Shown here one piece after another: positions 7,667 to 17,056 of a stretch of 28,099 nucleotides of DNA (positions are counted from its first letter, which is position 1; each line of letters begins with the position of its first letter). The position numbers were made by a program, and so were the translations under genes. The stretch spans positions 1 through 28,099 of the forward strand of contig JAUWWX010000001.1 in the NCBI GenBank assembly GCA_030616665.1, read 5' to 3'. Origin of the DNA: an archaeon (GTDB lineage Archaea > Iainarchaeota > Iainarchaeia > Iainarchaeales > GCA-2688035). The notes under the pieces were generated by a model. It did not search any database. It saw nothing but the letters and a program-made list of their open reading frames with translations, and had not been told where the DNA came from.

Positions 7667-10612
7667 ATGAAAGGTTTGAACATAAAGAAGCTTGCCGCTA
7701 TTGCGGTAGGTGGAGCTTTAGTCGGTTCAGCCTTGGCGCCGCTGGCAGCAGCAATTAACGTCACAAAGGCAGACGTTGTTGGTGCAACCGGTGCTCCAGT
7801 GGTTAACGTCGTTGCAGGAATCAACGCACAGGCAAGTGACTTTGTTTGGGCAGGAAACATTGCCGCAAAAGTCGCTCAGTTGGCCACAGTGGACACTGCA
7901 TTGGCAGGTGGCGAAGGAACCGCTACACCAACAGGCCTAAGCGTTGACCTGGCTGTTGGCGGAGAAACGACTTATAGCACAGAGTACGCAAAAACCTACG
8001 ATGGAAGCAGCTATGGATTTGACAATACTAGCACTGATGCTGTCGCAGAATTCATAAAAGCGCCAGGACACGGCCAGCTGCCGTTCCTGTACAATGCATC
8101 AAAGAGCTACAGGTACAATGGTTCAACGTACAACGCAACAATGAAGGAAACCATCGGCATTGAAGCAGACGCAAGGTTTGAATACAACGACAAGGACGTC
8201 AAGGACCTAATTGCCTTGTTGGATGCAGAGGGCGACCTCAATTACGTCATTGACTTTGGTGACGGAATACCAAGCCAAGTAAGCAAAAGCGACACGGAAA
8301 AGTTCACTGACCAGGCCAACGACAACATCGTAATCCCTTTCATAGGAGACGAGTTCACGGTCCAAGAAATTGACATGTTGAGTTCGCCTAAGACAATCAG
8401 CCTGATAAAGGAGAGTGCAAAGGCAAACTACAACGAGGGCGACACAATCCCAGGGCTTACAGGAAAGGGAACCTACGCTGGCGAAGAGATGTCAGTCAAG
8501 GTTGCAGCCGTAACGCAGGCAGGGCCAACTGGTTCAGCCTACAGTGCAAGGTTTGGCCTATACGATTCAGAGGGAAACCTTGTTGACAGCCAGACGCTTG
8601 AAAGCGGACTCTACCTGCAGAAGAACTTCCTTGACGCGGAAGGCGCATATGCGCTGGAAACAGTCATCTATATCTCGGAAATAAACATTGAGCCAACCAC
8701 AAGCAAGGGCGTCATAACCCTGGTTGTCGGCAAAAACGTTGTAACCATAGGCAACGACAAGGTATACCCCTATGACGAAACAAACACAGACACCACAACA
8801 TGGTACTGGGCAGCAAGTATCGATGAAAACACCAGTACGACATCGGTAGGCGTTAACACAGTAGCCGCGGTAAGCGTCAAGAACAGGGAACAGGTATGGA
8901 ATGCACAGAGCCCGCTTTGGAGCACCACCAGTAGCCTGACCGAAAAAGGCAAAGAGGAAGCGGCTGCCGGAGGAGACACAGCCCACTTCCTGCAGGGCGA
9001 AGAAACAGGCCTTGGCTATGACTTCGTCAAGCTAAAGTTCAAGGGCTTCAAAGAAGACCAGGACAAGACAAAAATAATAGTCGGAAACAAGGACATAGTG
9101 TACACGGACGCAGACGACACATCGGCCACAATTCCGTTCTACTTTACAGTACCAGGACAGCCAGCAACAGGTACGCCATCACAAAAGACCATCACATTGA
9201 ACAGCACAAACTTCTACGCAAAGTGCTACAAGGGAACAGTGAATATCGATGTCTACGACGACAACAAGCTGAACGGTTCAGCGCTTGACTTCGGAAGCAT
9301 AGCCAATATAGGTTACATAGCCACGGACAACGGATGGGTTGCAATTAACACCTCCGCAATAACAAACGTGGACGTCGACATCAACGGTGTACAGTTCACC
9401 GTTACAGATGACCTTAATGCAAATGTCTACGACGGCAATGGTGCAACACTGCAGGCAGACGGAAACTGCGCCTATGCCTCAGAGGAATGGGGCACAGACG
9501 GCTCGCAGTCAGCCTACCTGAATGTAAACGGTACATCAACCTATAACCAAATTGGCTTGGATGGCACCGATACTGATACAGTGTACTTTGACGACACCAA
9601 CACCACTAGGACTCCAGGCGACCTGCCAATCTACTTTGCCAAAAGCGGAATGCAGGACACCTATAAGTACAGGCAGTACTACAGCATAAGCGGCAAGCAG
9701 GTCTACCTGCTACTGGACAGCAGTACAGACTTCAGCAACACCTTCAACAGCGTAGCAGACGTGAACTTCGTTGGAACAGACCCAGTTAACCTAGGCGACA
9801 AAGGTATCACGGGAGGCGAAGTCGCAGGCCTCTTCCCGTACTACTGGCCTGACACAGTGGATTTCACAAACGATTCAGCGGACGAGACCTATATAACAGC
9901 AATCTTTGGCGTACAAGGCCACACAACAGTCAGGGACAACTTCAGGATACACATTGACACCTATACCAACAACCTGATTACGCTGCCAAACACCAAGAGG
10001 GACGGCTATGAGGCAGACGTCAACTATGTGGACACAGATGAGCCGACATGGAGCCTGAAAGCCAGGACAGATGTGGCAACTGCATTGCACGCAGGCATAA
10101 CAAACTTTGGCACCACAGCTGAACTGACTGACGACATGGAGACAGCAACCTTCACTATCCCAGAGACAAGGGTTTACCTGAGCCTGACAGTAATGGGCGA
10201 GGGAGCCACAATGACAGTGGAAGGCGGCGAAACAGAGGAAGGTGTCTTGGAAGGTGAGACAGTAACCATTGCCGGAAAGGACATCACAGTTGCAGCAATC
10301 AACTACGCAGCAGGAACCTGCACAATAGAGGGCGAAACATATCCAAAGATAGTCTCAGTCGGGCAGTTGGTCTTCACAGACTCGCCGGCACCGGCCGGAA
10401 ACCACATCATTGTAGGTGGTTACATGGTCAACAAGCTGGCTGAGAACGTTGTATTGGGCGATGGGTCAACGCTGCAGGAAGCATTGACTGCGCCTGGCGA
10501 CGTCGTAGCCGAAGTGCTGGCAAACGGCAACATTGTTGTTGCTGGATACACGGCAACCGACACTGTGACAGCTGCCAAAGAACTAATCAGCGCACTGGAC
10601 GTATTGGCTTAA
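7667..10612 (+). CDS. S-layer protein (S_layer_N/S_layer_C-type termini), 981 aa
   Basis: Signal peptide MKGLNIKKLAAIAVGGALVGSALAPLAAA, N-terminal VVAG..A.ASD.V.AGNIAAK, and C-terminal IIVGGYMVNKL...IVVAGYTATDTVTAA. Acidic and Thr-rich with about 12 N-X-S/T sequons. Has a strong promoter, SD and terminator. Confidence 0.9.
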   Translation: MKGLNIKKLAAIAVGGALVGSALAPLAAAINVTKADVVGATGAPVVNVVAGINAQASDFVWAGNIAAKVAQLATVDTALAGGEGTATPTGLSVDLAVGGETTYSTEYAKTYDGSSYGFDNTSTDAVAEFIKAPGHGQLPFLYNASKSYRYNGSTYNATMKETIGIEADARFEYNDKDVKDLIALLDAEGDLNYVIDFGDGIPSQVSKSDTEKFTDQANDNIVIPFIGDEFTVQEIDMLSSPKTISLIKESAKANYNEGDTIPGLTGKGTYAGEEMSVKVAAVTQAGPTGSAYSARFGLYDSEGNLVDSQTLESGLYLQKNFLDAEGAYALETVIYISEINIEPTTSKGVITLVVGKNVVTIGNDKVYPYDETNTDTTTWYWAASIDENTSTTSVGVNTVAAVSVKNREQVWNAQSPLWSTTSSLTEKGKEEAAAGGDTAHFLQGEETGLGYDFVKLKFKGFKEDQDKTKIIVGNKDIVYTDADDTSATIPFYFTVPGQPATGTPSQKTITLNSTNFYAKCYKGTVNIDVYDDNKLNGSALDFGSIANIGYIATDNGWVAINTSAITNVDVDINGVQFTVTDDLNANVYDGNGATLQADGNCAYASEEWGTDGSQSAYLNVNGTSTYNQIGLDGTDTDTVYFDDTNTTRTPGDLPIYFAKSGMQDTYKYRQYYSISGKQVYLLLDSSTDFSNTFNSVADVNFVGTDPVNLGDKGITGGEVAGLFPYYWPDTVDFTNDSADETYITAIFGVQGHTTVRDNFRIHIDTYTNNLITLPNTKRDGYEADVNYVDTDEPTWSLKARTDVATALHAGITNFGTTAELTDDMETATFTIPETRVYLSLTVMGEGATMTVEGGETEEGVLEGETVTIAGKDITVAAINYAAGTCTIEGETYPKIVSVGQLVFTDSPAPAGNHIIVGGYMVNKLAENVVLGDGSTLQEALTAPGDVVAEVLANGNIVVAGYTATDTVTAAKELISALDVLA

Positions 10613-10618
10613 TTGGAT

Positions 10619-10673
10619 AAAAAAATTAGGTTTGAGTAAAACCTAATTTTTTTCCTTTTTTTTTCTTTTTTTC
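10619..10673 (+). terminator. Hairpin plus long oligo-T terminator after the S-layer gene
   Basis: AAAAATTAGGTTT-GAGTA-AAACCTAATTTTT stem-loop followed by an approximately 20-nt T-rich tract. Confidence 0.8.
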
Positions 10674-10763
10674 AAGCTTTTTTGCTTAAACAACCCCCTG
10701 GTTATGTAGAAGTTCCATTGGCTGCTGTGTACGTTTTTATTCCTTTTGCTTTAATTCTTGCTT

Positions 10764-11375
10764 ATGAACAAAGAGCACGCTGTCCCAATTACAGGGGTTG
10801 CAATCACAATTGCAATTGCCCTGTTCATCATTGCCTTTTTTCCAGTCAACAAAGGGCTTGTTGTTGAAGGCGTTTTCATAGATTCTGGCGAAAAGGACCC
10901 TTACAGCCTTTTCTCTGCCCTTAGCAAAAAGAGTGTTTTCCTCATCAGCCCGCAGATGCACGAACGGGCAGAAGCTGTTGACCATTCAATGTTCAACGGA
11001 ACCGCCTTGTTCCTGCAGGTCCTCGAGGGCAACAAAAGGAAACCTGTGCAGGTTATCAGGGTTTACAACGAAGGCAATGAACTAAGCTATTGCCTGACAA
11101 ACTACGGCGATGTGAACAAAAGCGAAACACTTGAAAAGCTAGAATGCCTTGAATACATTTCTCAGGAAAACAATGCAGTTGTGCTAATACAGTTTCCTGA
11201 CCAAAGGCTGCCACAGCCTGTTTTGGAAATAAGCGAGGGCAGGCTTGTCATAAAGCCAAAAACTGATGAGGGCATTGGAGAAGCATGCTTTCTTGCCCTT
11301 AGAATATTGTTCAAAAACAGCCAGCAGATTGTTGAAAGGTCAGACTTCTTTCTCAGGGGCCTACAGGGGGCCTAA
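10764..11375 (+). CDS. Hypothetical membrane-anchored protein (single N-terminal TM)
   Basis: ITGVAITIAIALFIIAFF anchor followed by a soluble domain with three Cys. ATG 10764. Confidence 0.7.
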   Translation: MNKEHAVPITGVAITIAIALFIIAFFPVNKGLVVEGVFIDSGEKDPYSLFSALSKKSVFLISPQMHERAEAVDHSMFNGTALFLQVLEGNKRKPVQVIRVYNEGNELSYCLTNYGDVNKSETLEKLECLEYISQENNAVVLIQFPDQRLPQPVLEISEGRLVIKPKTDEGIGEACFLALRILFKNSQQIVERSDFFLRGLQGA

Positions 11376-11552
11376 AAAAAGCCTCCGTCGGAAACTTGAA
11401 GCCCTGCAAATTTCTTTTCCCTTAAGGCTATTTTATGTGCTTTTTTTTCTAAGAAAGCGAAATTTATTGCCCTGTTTGCCACAAAACAGGTTTATGCCTT
11501 CTTTTTCGTTTTAATTAAATTTAAAACCCTTGTCGTGGGACACTTTGATACA

Positions 11553-12836
11553 ATGCCCCTTCGACTTAGAACAGTAGTTGCCTTTCTGGCAATTTTTTCA
11601 GCTGCTTTCCTTCTTGTGCGGATGGCTCTCTTTCAGTGGGCTTTCATTGTGCTGTCAACATTCTTCCTGTTTGTTGGAAGCGTTATGTTTGCAGGCTACA
11701 TGAGGTTTGCAAACGAGGAAAAGAAATGGCGGCGCGTGCTTCCAACTGCCTCTGTTTTGATACCGTGCTACAACAGGGCTGACACGATTGGGAAATGCGT
11801 CAGGGCAGTGAAGGCAATGAGCTACCCAAAAAAATTAGAGGTCATTGTAGTAGACGATGCCAGTACTGACCGCTCTTACGCACTGTTAAAAAAGATGCCA
11901 GGCATAAAGGTGCTGAGGCAAAAGAAGAACAAGGGCAAGGCGGCAGCGCTAAACATGGCCATCAAAGCGGCTAAGGGCGAGATAGTCGCCTGCATCGACG
12001 CAGACACTTACCCAACAAAGGAAGCGCTTGAAAGGATGGCTGCCCTCTTTTCCGATGAAAGGGTCGGCGCAGTCACAGCCTTGATAAAGCCCTCAAGGCT
12101 TGCCAGGCTTTTGCAAAAGGCGCAGGAAATCGAGTACATGATCGGCTTTGGCTTTTCGCAGAGCGCGATGTCCTCAATAAACTGCATCATTGTAACGCCT
12201 GGCCCGATGGCTGTTTATAACAGAAAGGTTCTTTTAAAGCTCGGGGGCTATGACGAACACAACCTTACAGAGGACATGGAGATTGCCTTGAGGATAAGAA
12301 AAAACGGCTACAAGATTGTCGCATGCCCAACTGCAAAGGTGTTCACAGAAACTCCTGACAATTGGCGCGATTGGCTGAGGCAAAGGCAAAGGTGGTACAG
12401 GGGCAAGATATTCAACACATACAAGTACAGGGATTTGATTTTCAACCCTAAGTATGGGGAAGTTGGCCAGTTTGGCTTGCCCTTCACCTTCATGTTGGAG
12501 ATGTCCGCTGTTTTCATGTTGTTCCTGATAATGGCAATCACTGCAGACAGCCTTGTATACACTGCAGGCATTCTTGCAGCCTACGCAAGAACAAGCTTTT
12601 TTTCCTTTGAACTTGCACCTCTTGTCCTAAACAGTGCAAGCATTTTTGTGAATGTGGTGATTCTCGGCAACTTTGCAGTTGGCATACTGCTGTCCCACAA
12701 ACTTGCAAAGGAAAAAATAAGGCTTGGCAAGCTTCCTGGCATAGTCTTCATAATAGTGGGCTACAGCCTTGTTATTTCGGCTGTGTGGCTTGTCTGCCTG
12801 TTCAAGGAAATAAATAAAAGCAGTTCACAGTGGTGA
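11553..12836 (+). CDS. Processive family-2 glycosyltransferase (PgaC/IcaA/cellulose-synthase-like)
   Basis: LIPCYN, VVDDASTD, NKGKAAALN, DAD, LTEDME and QRQRW (QxxRW) motifs. Two N-terminal and several C-terminal TM helices. The start is ATG 11553 (fits a TATA at about 11520) or GTG 11535. Confidence 0.9.
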   Translation: MPLRLRTVVAFLAIFSAAFLLVRMALFQWAFIVLSTFFLFVGSVMFAGYMRFANEEKKWRRVLPTASVLIPCYNRADTIGKCVRAVKAMSYPKKLEVIVVDDASTDRSYALLKKMPGIKVLRQKKNKGKAAALNMAIKAAKGEIVACIDADTYPTKEALERMAALFSDERVGAVTALIKPSRLARLLQKAQEIEYMIGFGFSQSAMSSINCIIVTPGPMAVYNRKVLLKLGGYDEHNLTEDMEIALRIRKNGYKIVACPTAKVFTETPDNWRDWLRQRQRWYRGKIFNTYKYRDLIFNPKYGEVGQFGLPFTFMLEMSAVFMLFLIMAITADSLVYTAGILAAYARTSFFSFELAPLVLNSASIFVNVVILGNFAVGILLSHKLAKEKIRLGKLPGIVFIIVGYSLVISAVWLVCLFKEINKSSSQW

Positions 12837-12842
12837 TTCCTT

Positions 12843-13493
12843 ATGAAGACCGAGTACCTGCTTGCAATCTCAATAATGGCCCTGTTTGTTTCAGCATCCT
12901 TTTTTGCGATGGCGCAAATGGAAACAGCCAGCGTTAACCGGCTCAGGGCAAGCCTTGAAGACGCCTCAATTGAAGCCGAGAGCGCAAGGCTAACAATGTT
13001 GCTGGCTGAAAGCTTTGGCGAAGGGGAGAAATACTGCGCTGCCTTGAACCAGAGGATTAGCTCGCAGCTGTCCAAAAACTTTGCAATCCTTAGCCAGATT
13101 GAAACAACGGAAAGGGAAGTGTTTCTGGCTGACATCGTCCAGTTAAAGAAAAGATACTTCCTTTCAAACGCACAACTTTACTATTACCTAAAGCAGTCGA
13201 AGGATGTTTGCAGCCCCAAGGATACTTTGTTATTGTACTTTTACATTGATGAAACGCCCTGCCCTGACTGCCATGTGCAGGGCAAGATACTTGATTCACT
13301 GAGAATGAAGTGCCAGAACCTGAAAGTGTTTGCCTTTCCAGTAGACATAGACCTCGAAACAACAAACTTCTTCAAGTCGCTTTTCGGAATAAGTGAAGCG
13401 CCGGCAGTGGTTCTAAATGACAGCACCGTTTTAAGTGGGCTGTACAGCGAAGCCCAGATACTCCAGTACTTTGAATGCCAGCCGGCAGGCTAG
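12843..13493 (+). CDS. Membrane-anchored protein with coiled region and C-terminal thioredoxin-like CxxC domain
   Basis: N-terminal TM/signal (LLAISIMALFVSASFFAM) and LLYFYIDETPCPDCHVQGKILDSL...VFAFP...P.VVLN. It starts 6 nt after the GT2 stop. Confidence 0.65.
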   Translation: MKTEYLLAISIMALFVSASFFAMAQMETASVNRLRASLEDASIEAESARLTMLLAESFGEGEKYCAALNQRISSQLSKNFAILSQIETTEREVFLADIVQLKKRYFLSNAQLYYYLKQSKDVCSPKDTLLLYFYIDETPCPDCHVQGKILDSLRMKCQNLKVFAFPVDIDLETTNFFKSLFGISEAPAVVLNDSTVLSGLYSEAQILQYFECQPAG

Positions 13494-14743
13494 GGCTGCC
13501 CTGGCTTCATCAGTTCCCTTAAAACAGTTGTTGCATAGTTGCCTTTTGCCAGCTCAAACGAAATTGTTGCAGCAAGCTTTCCTGGAAAAAATTCGTCTCG
13601 TTCAATTGAAGCAAGCCTCATTTTTTCTGGCTTCAAGACAATGCTTTTCCTTGCGCCCTTGCTTGAAATCTCAGCCATCTTCTTAACGTGAAAATCCTGC
13701 AAAGAAATGTTTTCCTCTTTTAGGATCCGTCTCTCAATTTCGCCGGGCTTTCCCTTGGCAAATTTTAGCTCAAAGCCAAACAAGGGGGCAGCAGGCATGC
13801 CATTCAAAAGTACGTCGCCCTCGGTCTTTCCAAGGCCAATTCCCTGCTTGAACCTTTCCTCAATCACCCTGTTGAACAGATAGCTCTGGTAAGCGTGCGT
13901 GAAAAGGTACCTAAGCTTTTTTGGCAGCTTTGCAAACGCGCCCACAATATCGTTTGGATACTTGCACAGATGGTGAATCATTGACCTCTCATACCTGAAC
14001 TTGCTTGGGAAAAGCCTTGTTGCCTCAGCAAAATCATTTGTTTCAGCAAGCCTTTGCCTTGCCTTCCTGATTTCCTCTTCCTCCCCTGCCATGGAGTGGG
14101 TCAGGTAAAGCATTACTCCCTCCTTAAACCTGCCTTCCAGCAATTCTTTGCCAACAACATGCGTAATCTGCCTTATTCCGCCAAAGCGCTGCTCGCCAAA
14201 ATAGTTTGCAATTCCATTTTGCGGCATTTCCTTAAGGCAGACTCTAACCCTTTTCTTAACCTCTTTCTCTTCCAAATCAATGTCCCTTATTACAACAGTA
14301 AATCTGTTGCCTTTTAGCATTCCCAAGTCAATCCTTTCATTGCTCCATTTTGCATTCCTCAGCTGGATTCCTCTGCTGCCAAAGTCTTGAAGCCTTTCAA
14401 TGTTTGGCTTGAACAAGCTTATCCTTTGGCAAGTAACTGCCCTTTTGTCTTTCATGCCAGCATAGCCAAAACGCTTTTTGCTGCACTGCAAAAACCTTGT
14501 AATTTCTCTTATAACAAAATTCGTGTCCTTGTTTATCTTCTCCAAGTCAAGGTGCAGCTGCTGCATTCCCCTTGGATTTTTTGGCACGGAAACCCTTTCC
14601 TCCAAATGGGTTCCCTTTTCAGGAAACCTCCTTGCCCTGCAAACCCTTCCACCAGACCTTATCTCCTCAACAACAAAATCAGTGTAACGCCTTTTTATCT
14701 GCCCGCCAATGCCCTTGCAAGAAGTGGAAAAAAATTCAGGCAT
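13490..14743 (-). CDS. truD: tRNA pseudouridine(13) synthase TruD/Pus7
   Basis: IKRRYTDFVVEE, FGYAGMKDKRAVTCQ (catalytic Asp), LGMLKGNRF, NYFGEQRFG, HAYQSYLFN, FELAKGNYATTVLRE. Confidence 0.95.
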   Translation of the reverse strand: MPEFFSTSCKGIGGQIKRRYTDFVVEEIRSGGRVCRARRFPEKGTHLEERVSVPKNPRGMQQLHLDLEKINKDTNFVIREITRFLQCSKKRFGYAGMKDKRAVTCQRISLFKPNIERLQDFGSRGIQLRNAKWSNERIDLGMLKGNRFTVVIRDIDLEEKEVKKRVRVCLKEMPQNGIANYFGEQRFGGIRQITHVVGKELLEGRFKEGVMLYLTHSMAGEEEEIRKARQRLAETNDFAEATRLFPSKFRYERSMIHHLCKYPNDIVGAFAKLPKKLRYLFTHAYQSYLFNRVIEERFKQGIGLGKTEGDVLLNGMPAAPLFGFELKFAKGKPGEIERRILKEENISLQDFHVKKMAEISSKGARKSIVLKPEKMRLASIERDEFFPGKLAATISFELAKGNYATTVLRELMKPGQP

Positions 14744-14744
14744 T

Positions 14745-15995
14745 TTACTTGTACCTCAAAATTGCGCCGATGCCACCAAAGCCCCTGTAGAACTGTTCTC
14801 CTTCAGCTGTTTCGGTACTAACGATTTTTGTCTTCGCGCCTGTGTTTTGTGCTTTTTCCATCATCCAGTCAAGATAGTCAACCTGTTCAACAAGCTCTGC
14901 ATTCACGCTGCCGCACTTGCTGCATTTGAATTTCTTTTCATCAAAGGAAGCCTGCTCCTTTACAACAATCTCCTCCTCTGCTCCGCAGGAACTGCACTTG
15001 AACTTGTAAACCCACCACTCTATTTCCTCGCTCAAAAGAAGCCTTTCAACCTTTCCAATCGCTAAAGCTTCTTCAACTTGCTTCTGACCGTATGTTGCAA
15101 GCCCTGTTTTCACTACTGCCTCAAAAAATTGCTCAAGCGCCTTCCTCTCCTTTGTGATTTCCGTATCTTTCAGCAACTCACCGCTTTTTTGTACTACTTC
15201 CCTAATGCCACTCTCATCGGTATAGCTCGTGTCTATTTGTCCAATGATCTTTCCCCTAATTCTGTGGTCCATCAGTTCCTGGTTGAGGAAGTAATTCTTT
15301 GTAATGCCAGGCCCAGCGATTATGATTCCCTTCAGTTTCTCGCCATAAGGCAAAAAGACCGCGTTCATCTTCTCGCTTATCCTCTTATAAAAGTCCTGAG
15401 CGGCCTCTTCCCTTAGCCTTTCAAACCTGTGACTGCTCTGTCCCCCAGCACGTGTTTTACCGGCAACCCCGCTAGTGAAATGCCCCAAAATCTCGTACTT
15501 TTTTCCAATCAGTATGGCAATGGTTGCCTCGTTCTTGTCAATCGTAAGAATGGCAAATATCTCCGACGGCTGGGCCATTTCATTCAGTGGCCCCAAATGA
15601 AATTCCGAATCGCACCAGTAGAGCTTTACATTCAGCCTCTTCACCGGCTTCAAAGTGAAGAGCTGAATATCGGGTTTGCCTTCCTGCTGGCTCACGTTTC
15701 CGCAGAGGACAACCAGGCCATTTGCAGGAAGCCTGAAGTTAATTGTTTTCAGGAAATTCTGCAGCTTTCTCAAAGCACCCTGCACATTCTTCCTGGTTGT
15801 AGGGCTCTTTATGTTGCTGCTCTGCGACATTTCCTCAGTTAGCTGCCCGGTAACCAGACTCCTGTCTACGTCAGGCGGCAGATACAGCGAAATAAGCTCA
15901 GTTCCCCTGCCCTTGAAGGAAGCAAGCTTTCGCAGTTTCTTTTTGAAAACCGACATCTCTGCTTCTGAGATCTCTTCTACATGCTCTTTTCCCAT
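14745..15995 (-). CDS. prf1: Peptide chain release factor aRF1
   Basis: GRGTELISLY, NIKS, YWCDSEF, GGQS, C-terminal domain with a CxxC...CxxC mini-domain, GGIGAILRY. ATG 15995 preferred; the ORF track starts at 16031. Confidence 0.96.
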   Translation of the reverse strand: MGKEHVEEISEAEMSVFKKKLRKLASFKGRGTELISLYLPPDVDRSLVTGQLTEEMSQSSNIKSPTTRKNVQGALRKLQNFLKTINFRLPANGLVVLCGNVSQQEGKPDIQLFTLKPVKRLNVKLYWCDSEFHLGPLNEMAQPSEIFAILTIDKNEATIAILIGKKYEILGHFTSGVAGKTRAGGQSSHRFERLREEAAQDFYKRISEKMNAVFLPYGEKLKGIIIAGPGITKNYFLNQELMDHRIRGKIIGQIDTSYTDESGIREVVQKSGELLKDTEITKERKALEQFFEAVVKTGLATYGQKQVEEALAIGKVERLLLSEEIEWWVYKFKCSSCGAEEEIVVKEQASFDEKKFKCSKCGSVNAELVEQVDYLDWMMEKAQNTGAKTKIVSTETAEGEQFYRGFGGIGAILRYK

Positions 15996-16031
15996 ATTTT
16001 TCCCCTTTTCAAAAGATGGCTTAAAAGCCAA

Positions 16032-16063
16032 TATTTAAATAAGCCTTTACAATAATTTATAAA
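16032..16063. promoter_or_regulatory. Divergent TATA elements for aRF1 (-) and pyrH (+)
   Basis: Palindromic TATTTAAATA at 16032-16041 and TTTATAAA at 16056-16063. Confidence 0.5.
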
Positions 16064-16117
16064 ACAAACAATTAAATTACTGATTGCGAAAGAAGGCGTT
16101 TTATTTTGTTTGAAAAC

Positions 16118-17056
16118 ATGTTTGAAATCTTCAACAAGGAAGAGGACAAGGAAACAGAGGTAACGTATCCATCGGGTTCTGGTTCCCAGTCATCATATTC
16201 TTCCCCTTCAAACGTCTTCGTTGTGAGCGTTGGAGGCAGCGTCTTGCTTGGCCAGAAGCCTGACGCCGAAAACGTCTCGGAAATCACCTCCTGCCTAAAT
16301 GATTTGATAAGGCAGGGCTACAAGCTTGTTCTTGTTATTGGCGGAGGCAAAGTGTGCAGGGACTATGTAAATGCAGCAAAGCATTTGGGTGCGAACAACT
16401 TTGAGTTGGATGAATTGGGCATAAAGGTTTCAAAGGTGAATGCTTCACTTCTCATTTCCGCGATTGAAAACTCTTTTCCAGATGTTTTGGCAGACATAAA
16501 GCAGGCTGAAGAAGTACTTGCCCAGGGCAAAACCCCGGTCTACGGCGGCATAATGCCTGGCTTTACCACTGATGCAGTAGCAGCCCTTCTCGCAGAATAC
16601 TTGAACGCAACATTCATTAACCTGAGCAATGTTGACGGCATCTTTACAGCAGACCCGGCCATGCATCCCTCTGCCAGAATGTACAGGGAACTCAGCTATG
16701 ACAATCTGCTTGAAATCCTTTACTCCAATTCTATGAGGCCAAGCCAAAACCTGATAATTGACCTTCCAGCTGCAACAATTCTCAAGAGAAGCAGCATAAC
16801 CGCCTTTTTCCTAAACGGTCATGACATGCAGAACTTCAGGGCAGCTGTCCAAGGCTCATCTTTCAAGGGCACAATAGTCAGGCCTGACGCCGAAGAGCTT
16901 TTCGATGACGAGGAACAAGTTGCCCCAAGTCCGAGAAGGCGCACCACAAGAAAGAAAACAACCAGGAGAAAACCTGCGAAGAGAAAACCGGCCAAGAAGA
17001 AAAATGTTTCCAGGGCCAGCAGCGAGCCGCTTGACCCAAACGAAATAAGGTTCTAG
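16118..17056 (+). CDS. pyrH: Uridylate kinase (archaeal type) with N- and C-terminal low-complexity extensions
   Basis: VVSVGGS, LVIGGGKVCRDY, DELGI, GGIMPGFTTDAVAALLAE, NVDGIFTADP, IIDLPAA. About 30 extra aa at the N-terminus and 57 extra aa at the C-terminus. Confidence 0.92.
   Translation: MFEIFNKEEDKETEVTYPSGSGSQSSYSSPSNVFVVSVGGSVLLGQKPDAENVSEITSCLNDLIRQGYKLVLVIGGGKVCRDYVNAAKHLGANNFELDELGIKVSKVNASLLISAIENSFPDVLADIKQAEEVLAQGKTPVYGGIMPGFTTDAVAALLAEYLNATFINLSNVDGIFTADPAMHPSARMYRELSYDNLLEILYSNSMRPSQNLIIDLPAATILKRSSITAFFLNGHDMQNFRAAVQGSSFKGTIVRPDAEELFDDEEQVAPSPRRRTTRKKTTRRKPAKRKPAKKKNVSRASSEPLDPNEIRF

Noticed and set aside
10619-10673. Bacterial-style hairpin + U-tract terminator as support for bacterial-like transcription
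   Set aside because: The stem is AT-rich, and the long T-tract alone suffices for archaeal termination. Promoters throughout the window are TATA/BRE type, so no link to the sigma-like gene is justified.
10682-10867. 61-aa ORF with a hydrophobic stretch and Cys-rich end overlapping the 10764 gene
   Set aside because: TTG start inside the terminator region, and it overlaps a better-supported ORF. The Cys-rich part is an off-frame reading of its TM codons.
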